Assembly: GCA_002269645.1 (NCBI GenBank)
Contig: NIVC01004567.1
Span: 1-41,795 of the forward strand
Origin: Macrostomum lignano
Lineage: Eukaryota
Length of the DNA stretch: 41,795 nucleotides
Direction: 5' to 3'
Below are positions 34,203-41,795 of this stretch, one piece after another. The position numbers were made by a program, and so were the translations under genes. The notes under the pieces are model-generated. The model worked only from the letters and a program-made list of their open reading frames with translations. It was not told where the DNA came from and searched no databases. Position 1 is the stretch's first letter; each line of letters starts with the position of its first letter.

Positions 34203-35027
34203 GGTAGGTGCGGCAGGTCACACCTGGTAGGTGCGGCAGGTCACACCTTGTAGATGCGGCAGGTCACACCTGGTAGGTGCGACAGGTCACACCTTGTAGA
34301 TGCGGCAGGTCACACCTGGTAGGTGCGACAGGTCACACCTTGTAGGTGCGGCAGGTCACACCTTGTAGATGCGGCAGGTCACACCTGGTAGGTGCGACAG
34401 GTCACACCTTGTAGATGCGGCAGGTCACACCTGGTAGGTGCGACAGGTCACACCTTGTAGATGCGGCAGGTCACACCTGGTAGGTGCGACAGGTCACACC
34501 TTGTAGGTGCGGCAGGTCACACCTTGTAGATGCGGCAGGTCACACCTGGTAGGTGCGACAGGTCACACCTTGTAGATGCGGCAGGTCACACCTGGTAGGT
34601 GCAGCAGGTCACACCTGGTAGGTGCAGCAGGTCACACCTTGTAGGTGCGGCAGGTCACACCTGGTAGGTGCAGCAGGTCACACCTGGTAGGTACAGCAGG
34701 TCACTACCTGGTAGGTGCAGCAGGTCACACCTGGTAGGTGCGGCAGGTCACACCTGGTAGGTGCAGCAGGTCACACCTGGTAGGTGCAGCAGGTCACACC
34801 TTGTAGGTGCAGCAGGTCACACCTGGTAGGTGCAGCAGGTCACACCTGGTAGGTGCGGCAGGTCACACCTTGTAGGTGCAGCAGGTCACACCTGATAGGT
34901 GCAGCAGGTCACACCTGGTAGGTGCAGCAGGTCACACCTGGTAGATGCCGCAGGTCACATCTGGTAGGTGCAGCAGGTCACACCTTGTAGATGCGGCAGG
35001 TCACACCTGGTAGGTGCAGCAGGTCAC
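34203..35027. repeat. 23-bp minisatellite (GGTAGGTGCGGCAGGTCACACCT)n, ~36 copies
   Basis: Directly visible 23-bp period; ends within a few bases of the stop codon of the minus-strand membrane-protein gene. Confidence 0.95.
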
Positions 35028-35032
35028 GCGGA

Positions 35033-36031
35033 TCAGGCACGCGCCCAGACAGCTGCCGAGGCCTGCAAGCCGCGCGCGTGCAGCCGAGAGGCGGCGGCCG
35101 GTGCCAGGTGACCTCCGGGCTGCGTAGGCCCGACAGAGGCGGCGACCACAGCAAGGCTGCTGTCGCTGGAGCAGCTGCGACCAGAGAACAGCGCGTTCTC
35201 GAGGCTGTGCAGGAACCAATCCTGGTCGTAGTGCGCCGGGTCCTCCAGGCTCTCAGTAGATCTGCCCGCCACCTGCTGCATGGTGATGGCGTCGCCGGAC
35301 AGAGATGAGGCCAGCGATGAGGCGCGCAGCTTCTTGCGTCTGCCCTGCAGACGGCGCTTGTAGATCAAAAAGGCCGCCACGCCTGCGGAAACGAAAAAAA
35401 TAACTAAAAGTTGAGGATTCTTCATTTAACCTTCTCAGCACTTATCGGAGAACTACTTAATAACTGCTAGAGAACTACTCAACAACTGCTGGAGAACTAC
35501 TCAACAACTGCTGGAGAACTACTCAACAACTGCTGGAGAACTACTCAACGACTGCTGGAGAACTACTTAACAACTGCTAGAGAACTACTCAACAACTGCT
35601 GGAGAACTACTCAGCAACTGCTGGAGAACTACTCAACAACTACTAGAGAGCTACTCAGCAATGTGCCACTCACCCCCAGATAAGAGCAGCAGTGAGACGG
35701 TCAGGCCGATGGCCAGCCAGGCAGCCGTGCTCAGCTCAACGAGTCCAGAAGCGGACGCGGCCATGGGCTGCCCCAGCCGGTCCCGGCAGGCAGCAGAGCT
35801 AGCGTTAGCCGCGGTGGCGTTGCCAGCGGCAGCCTCACATGGATCCGGCAGGGGAGACGCGGAGACGGACGGCAACAGCCAGGCGGTGGCGTTGGGGTTG
35901 CCAGCAGGTGGGGTTGGCAGCGGCGCGTCTCGCATTGTTTCGTCTTGGCGATTGTCGGCTGCGCGCCCCGGCCCGACACGCCTCACGGCATCGGGGGAGG
36001 CGGGGATCGGCAAGGGCGGTTGCGAAAGCTG
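35033..36031 (-). CDS. Small single-pass membrane protein of unknown family (exons ~36031-35674 and 35382-35033)
   Basis: The G|GTGAGT donor at 35673 and TTTCCGCAG|GC acceptor at 35382 join in phase 1 to give AAWLAIGLTVSLLLLSG-GVAAFLIY-KRRLQGRRKK, a TM helix plus basic stop-transfer signal. N-glycosylation sequons NAT, NAT and NAS lie N-terminal to the TM. The 5' end is uncertain (acceptor ~36031; first in-frame ATG at 35935). Confidence 0.7.
35440..35660. repeat. 22-bp intronic minisatellite (AACTGCTGGAGAACTACTCAAC)n, ~10 copies
   Basis: Directly visible inside the intron of the membrane-protein gene. Confidence 0.9.
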
Positions 36032-36947
36032 CTACTGACAGTAGAGCAGCATGCATGCAATCGGTTTTTTAAAGGAAATTTACAAAACTTGTAGCGAATG
36101 ACAGACTCAAATTAACAGTAGTAACGAGCGCTAACTTCATTACCAGCCCTAGCTGATGGCACTGCTGCAGGCAATGATTGACAGGCACAACGATTTGAAC
36201 TAAACTGCTCTCGTCATTTTTGTATCAACCGCCCGAGTGCGCGCGGCTTTAAATATGTTTATTTTCAGATAATTGGAACAGGCAGAACGAACAAGGAGCA
36301 GCAAGCAAGCAAGAGAGGAGACGGGGCGGAGGCCGCGGCAGATTAAACGGGACACAAAAAAAGGAGAACTCAACAAGCGGCCTGGGATGTAACAGCAAAA
36401 TTAATAAGTAGTTGCAGTAGTAGTATACATAGGACATTCTAAGCAACAATGGCACAGGGTCAATGCGAACAATGCGCAATGCGAAGCAACAGCGAAAGTC
36501 AGTTGAAGAAACACAGGCGACAGAGATAATTACAAAGGCTGTTGCTTTTGAAATCTGACAAGCTCAAATTGAATTTAATAATAAACAATAAATGATAATA
36601 ATAAACTTGAATGATTACGGAGCAGCGATGGCTATGAGTGTCCAGGCCTCTTGGCCAGGGAGACGGTGTGAAAATCGGTCAGATTAGTCTATGGGCGGCC
36701 TCCGACCCGCCGGCCGCTACTATGAGTAGCAAAGAGAATGCCTGAAAAACTGCAAACTGCCAGCCAAAGCTTCAAGGACCAAATCGCAGCGCAGGGGCGA
36801 GCAAACAAGCGAACGAGGCGAGAGGGCGATTGAGAGTCCAACGCAGAGTGGAAGAGACGCCAGTAACAGCGGGAGGGGTGACAAAAAAAGCCGCCGCTCA
36901 CGGGCTGCTGAAAGATGAGGCCCTAGGGCCAAATGTGAACAGGTGAG

Positions 36948-38219
36948 TCAGGAGGGCTCGGAGGGCTGCAGCCAGCGGGACTGTCGAGGACCTCGTGAGC
37001 CGCTTCGGGACCCGCTGCCGCCGCCGCTGCTGCCACCTAAACGGCGACTGCGCTGGCCAACTGCTGAAGCCGTTCGCTGCTTGGTCGGCTTGCTGGCGGT
37101 GGCCGCCGAGGTGGCGACGGGAGCAGTGGCCGCGGAGGTGGCGGCGGCAGAAGCCGCAGCGTCAGCCTCCTGTGGAGCAGTCAGCTGCTGCTCCATCAAC
37201 TGTTGCTCTTGCATTTCCCGCTGCGAATCGCGAACCTTGGCCAGACGGTTGTAGTGCTCAGCGTAGGATCGGAGAAGCACCTGGCGGCCATTGTAGTAAT
37301 CCGCAGCGTCCAGGCTGATGTGCACCTGGACATCGGCCGGGTTGAACCGGTCTGGGCGGGTGGAGAAGCGGGGAAGCGACTGACTGACTGACTGACTGAC
37401 TGACTGACTGACTGACTGACTGGCTGACTGACTGACTGACTGACTGACTGACTGACTGACTGACTGACTGACTGACTGACTGACTGACTGACTGACTGAC
37501 TGACTGACTGACTGACTGACTGACTGACTGACTGACTGACTGACTGACTGACTGACTGACTGACTGACTGACTGACTCACCCATCAGGTAGTGGCGCACG
37601 AAGACGCTCTTGATGGCGTGCGCGAGCTCTCCGCTGACGTAGTCGCGCCAGAAAGCCTCCAGATAGTGCAGGTCGGAGAAGCGGATGTCGCAGAGAATGT
37701 CGCCCAGGTCGTGGCTATTCAGGGTGTTGCTGGCCTGGAAGAACAGGTCGAACTGGCGCTGCGCCGGGTCGTTGCGGTGCGAGTGCAGCTGGTTGCTAAG
37801 CAGGCGGTGGATCTGTTGGTATTCGGCCCGAACGCGCATCCGCAGGTCGCAGAAGGCCTGACCGCCGCTGCTCGGCGGCTGACCGAGCGCTCCGGCCGCC
37901 GCAGTCGACGAGGTGGCGGCAGTCGAAGTTGAAGCGGTTGACGAAGCGGAAGCAAACGAAGAGGCCGGCGACTGCGAGGCCGTCGCCGTGGACATCTGGA
38001 TGCCGGCGCCGGGCGGGGCGACGCTGTGCACGCGGGGCTGCGCCTCCAGCTGGCTGCTGATGCGGCGGCACTTGGCGCGGGTCAGGCAGCCGGAGCCGTC
38101 GGACTGCTGGCTGCTGGAGGCCCGCTTGCGCTCCATGCGGTAGACGGCGCTGGTCAAGACGTTCTCGCCGTTGCCGACCTCGCGGCAAAGGAAACTCTCG
38201 ACCGGGTCCTCGCAGGCGG
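36948..38219 (-). CDS. DEDD: Death effector domain-containing protein (DEDD/DEDD2 homologue), last two exons: 38219-37581 and 37351-36948
   Basis: CDLRMRVRAEY...DPAQRQFDLFFQASNTLNSHDLGDILCDIRFSDLHYLEAFWRDYVSGELAHAIKSVF...ISLDAADYYNGRQVLL closely parallels the DEDD C-terminal domain (CDIRLRVRAEY...RDLGSIICDIKFSELTYLDAFWRDYING, recalled). Both splice junctions are phase 1. The DED-encoding exon(s) were not found in the window. Confidence 0.88.
37379..37577. repeat. (TGAC)n/(GTCA)n tetranucleotide microsatellite, ~50 copies, filling most of a DEDD intron
   Basis: Directly visible; source of the SQSV repeats in the ORF track. Confidence 0.97.
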
Positions 38220-40574
38220 CTGCGACAGGCGGATTAGTGGGAAGAGCATGGGGAAATAAAATTTGCTCACTTTCAGAATTTGCTATCGTAGTAATAAATT
38301 ACCGTGGTGTTCTACTTGTAAATTTGTAGCAAATACATCATGTAAATAAATTCTGTTCTGTTAAGTTCTGTTAATTTTTAATTATCGCATACTTGTTAAC
38401 TCTAAATACAGAATTTATTGTTATAAGTACAGCTTATATATTATACAAACTCTACACTCAATATAGTTTTCAGAAAAATATCAGGAATAATAAAAAATGG
38501 TCTTCCAATGATACACTTATTTTAATATGGAATAAGAATATAGGCATACATTTTTATTATTACTATTAAAATGTTCAAATGCAAGGAATTAGATCAATTA
38601 TAAAGCTAAAAAACTTTTATTGTAATTGATTTACAACTTTCTTTAAAAAGTAGAAAGAATTATATTTCTAAATCTTATCATATTCAGATTCTTCAGATTC
38701 TAAATCATATTTATAAATCAATGCTCTGCAGTCCTTTGCTTTAGAATTTGTTTATGTTTTCAGCACAATATTTGGTCTTTCATATTGTCCTATCATATCT
38801 TCTACAAGGCTTATGCTCTTGCTCTGTCTTTAAGATGAGAAACAAGATGAAAATCTGGGAATTCTTTTAGAATCATTTTATTTCAATAACAACTTGCCCA
38901 CTTCAATTTGCCCTTATCATAGAATCTCTCATACAAAATAAGGCAAGAAACTGGCACTTTCTGCTTACTAGAAAAAGTAAATAGTATTATTAATTATAGA
39001 GAAAAAGAGATCAAATGATAATATTACATATCAACTTTATTAACTCTATTAAAAAGCCTATAAACTAAAAGTATAAGAAAGGTTCTGGCATATTTGTATT
39101 TAATTATATGTTTCCACTATCTGAATTTTTACATCCAAATATAATATTCTTTACCTAGATGATTATAAATTAAATTTTCACTTTCCAATTTTTTTTGTTA
39201 AATTTAAGTTATCAAGAACTCTTAAAAATCTTACTTATGATTTTCATTCAATAAAAAAGGGCATGTGCTTTTACCCTATGATTACTATATTTATATTTAA
39301 ATAAATATAAACTAAAGGCGATATATGAATATGATATAGAGGTATATGGGAGTATAGAAGATAGCTACCTTTTCTTTGTGGCTAGCAATGATGGCACCTC
39401 TTCTTTTGCCCTAAAAAGGTTCTTACTACCTTCAATTTGCTTTCTGGTTTATTATAGTGCCTTTCTAGTATTTTATGGCATCCTTCTAGTGTATTATAGT
39501 GTCTAGTATATAATATCCCTATACTATATATTATAGCAATCTCTACTCATGGTCAAAATCGTCCTTTCTCTCATTTTATATTTCTAAACCAACCTCTGTC
39601 TGCACCTATAACTATTGTTGATTGTTGCTTTTTTATCTATATTATATGCAAGTGCAACTCCTCTTTTGGAGGAGAAAGGGGAAGAACTATTGCAAAAATT
39701 CCATTTCCTATAATCTATTAGCTAAAATCCCAGGTCTTGAATCTGATCTTTCAAATCATCTACAAATCCTTTATAAAACCTTTCAAATACCATATCTTGT
39801 TTCCCTGTTTGCAAAAAGTGACTACCATTGTCCAGACTCTAGACCTAGCCTCTCTTGTTTGCTCTTTTCTCTTTGCTCTCTCATCTCTAGTCTCTCATCT
39901 CTCATCTCTCCTCTCTGTGCTCTTTATCCTATTCTTTCTCCTTACTACTTTTTCTTCTCTATTCTTTTATCTCTTTCATTTCTCTGAAAATACTGAAATG
40001 ATGGCTTAAATGTGCTTATGCAATCCCTCCAACTTTATCTCTGACCTATCAAAAAATGACTACAATCTTTGCATGAATTTTTTCGTGAAATTAGAATCTA
40101 TAAAAAACCTCTCAGTAAAACTATAAAAATTATTGAGATCCTTTTTATAAAACCATACTCTATCAATTTTTTTCAATAGAACTAATTTTCATTAAAATCT
40201 CCTCTGTTAAACAACTATCTAATTATATCAATAAAATTTCTATTAATCAAGACTGTTAAATTGAAATCTACCTTAGTATAAAAAGATACTTTCTACTCTC
40301 AAAGTAATGGCTATAATAGTTTGTGGGAAAAAGTATGGTAGACAGACATCTACTAGAAAGGCAGAGTGCTCTGCTCTAACAGTTCAGCAGCTTGAGGATT
40401 TTTATTATGATTGATAAAAAAACAAATTATTAGCAATAACATTCTTAGCTTATTCATTTAAAATGTGTAAGTTAAAAATGTGCAAAAATGCATACATATA
40501 TGTGAAATAACAGTTTATATTACATGTATTTATTAATTAGTGCATTTCAAAACGGCAGTGCTTATCCCCACAGT

Positions 40575-40740
40575 ACCATAGGAATAATTTCTGTCTTATT
40601 CCAATGGTACCATGGGGATAATTTTCTGCTTATCCGCATGGTACACTGACGAGATAGCTGCCCCATCTTCTACATATGCTGTGGCCTGTGGGAATAATTT
40701 TCTGCTTATCCGCATGGCACACTGACGAGATGAGTGCAGC
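40575..40740. repeat. Dispersed direct repeats (GGAATAATTTTCTGCTTATCCGCATGG.ACACTGAC, 2-3 copies), probably subterminal to the MULE relic
   Basis: Near-identical ~40-bp copies at ~40615 and ~40690, plus a degenerate copy at ~40580. Confidence 0.6.
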
Positions 40741-41164
40741 CCATTTCAGCAAAGGAATTTTCGGCGAAAGACATTTTGGCAAAGATGAATTTTTTGTCTA
40801 CATAGATGCACATTTTGGCGAAAGAAATTAACCACTTTGGCAAAAAGATACTTAAATACATGTACAAGTATCTTTTAAATTATTCATTGATTGCCAATGA
40901 AGATATTTGCAGCTTGCACATTTAAAAACTCACAACTTAGCTATATATATAGCTAGATATACGTACATCATGCAAAGTGCAATCGATGGATTTATAGGGG
41001 GGGGGGGTTGGGTTGGAGCCATGGCCTCTAGTTCATATATACCAACCAGCATATGAATTAAATGAATTTAATCACTAGAAAAATTGAGCACTGTTAAACA
41101 AACACAATAGCACTAGACTATTTCTGCTTAGTTCTTATAAAAACTTGACTTGCGCTCTGCAACT

Positions 41165-41795
41165 ATGAATGCACCTAGCAATTTATGTCTTCTCTGTGAG
41201 AAAATCGTAAGTGCTCATCAACATGCCATCAGTTGTGACGGATGTGGTGGATGGCAGCATCGAAAATGTCAAACAGGGATTTCGCACCAACAATATATCC
41301 AGATACGGAAAGGTACGAGCGTACAGATATAAAGTACATATATGTGCATACATTGTCTTTTCACATACATGTATTATTCTGTATATGTATTCTGTACATG
41401 TATTACATGTATTATGAAACCCTAGGCGAGCTACAGATAAGTTGGTGGTGCCAGCCAGCCACTCTTAAATCAGTTGTGCCAGTACTTTCAGGTACATCGA
41501 CAAATATATGAAATTATATTACAATCAAAATTGTGTAAATAAATGTATACGTTTAAGCTGATATACATTCTGCAATGACCAATTTAATTCAATATTAGGA
41601 CATGTGGTTAAACGGTACCATCTGGAGCATCAATGAAATATCAGTTTACGACTGCACCATTTGAACCAACAATGACGTAGAAGGCTGGCATCGACGGCTC
41701 AACTACCGGGCTCAGCAAAACGGCTTCATTTTACGTTCTCGTCCGACTATTGCACAAGGAAGGGCGACTTGTCGCTGTGATGCTCAGCTCATGGC
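41165..41795 (+). pseudogene. Decayed, internally deleted MULE (Mutator-like) transposase with an N-terminal PHD finger
   Basis: CLLCEKIVSAHQHAISCDGCGGWQHRKC (41165-41312) spliced to GELQISWWCQP (from 41426) forms a PHD finger. From 41599: MWLNGTIW...SVY..I*TNNDVEGWHRRLN..(frameshift)..FYVLVRLLHKE, the MULE RTNN.xEGWH motif, with TGA in place of the Arg codon. Confidence 0.8.

Noticed and set aside
1990-35660. CRISPR-like reading of the many 18-23-bp direct repeat arrays
   Set aside because: Units are head-to-tail with no unique spacers, there are no cas genes, and the DNA is intron-containing eukaryotic sequence.
37379-37580. SQSV-repeat protein segments in ORFs 36948-37580 and 37258-38157
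   Set aside because: Translation of the intronic (GTCA)n microsatellite. Splicing at 37581/37351 gives a continuous DEDD sequence without it.
39622-40009. Hydrophobic ORFs in the AT-rich block
   Set aside because: Non-ATG starts, low-complexity TCTC repeats and no recognisable motif.

Overview
Eukaryotic (metazoan) genomic DNA with short GT-AG introns. A Macrostomum-type flatworm is the most likely source, but that is inference from the gene architecture and repeat content. The centre of the window (8281-31224, + strand) is one giant gene that the ORF track shows only in fragments. I traced 46 coding exons by hand with phase-consistent splice sites, giving about 5,880 aa once two 1-nt deletions are corrected. 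The protein is secreted (signal-peptide exon at 8281-8357, absent from the ORF track) and extremely Arg/Lys/Cys-rich. Domain order: Ala-Arg repeat block, short CPxG repeats, two hemicentin-type vWA domains, four tandem SUEL (rhamnose/galactose-binding) lectin domains in a 963-bp tandem duplication, follistatin-N-like modules carrying large polybasic insertions, furin-like Cys repeats, ShKT, VWD-C8-TIL, vWA, five cbEGF, vWA, FN2 and three VWC/FN1-like modules. It resembles a polycationic bioadhesive or secreted matrix protein (ap1-like logic) with an architecture I do not recognise as described. The left flank holds satellites, a tRNA-derived SINE, two MITEs and an RTE LINE fragment. The right flank holds a LINE 3' fragment, a small single-pass membrane gene and the 3' exons of a DEDD homologue (both - strand), a CpG-depleted AT-rich block, and a decayed PHD/MULE transposase.
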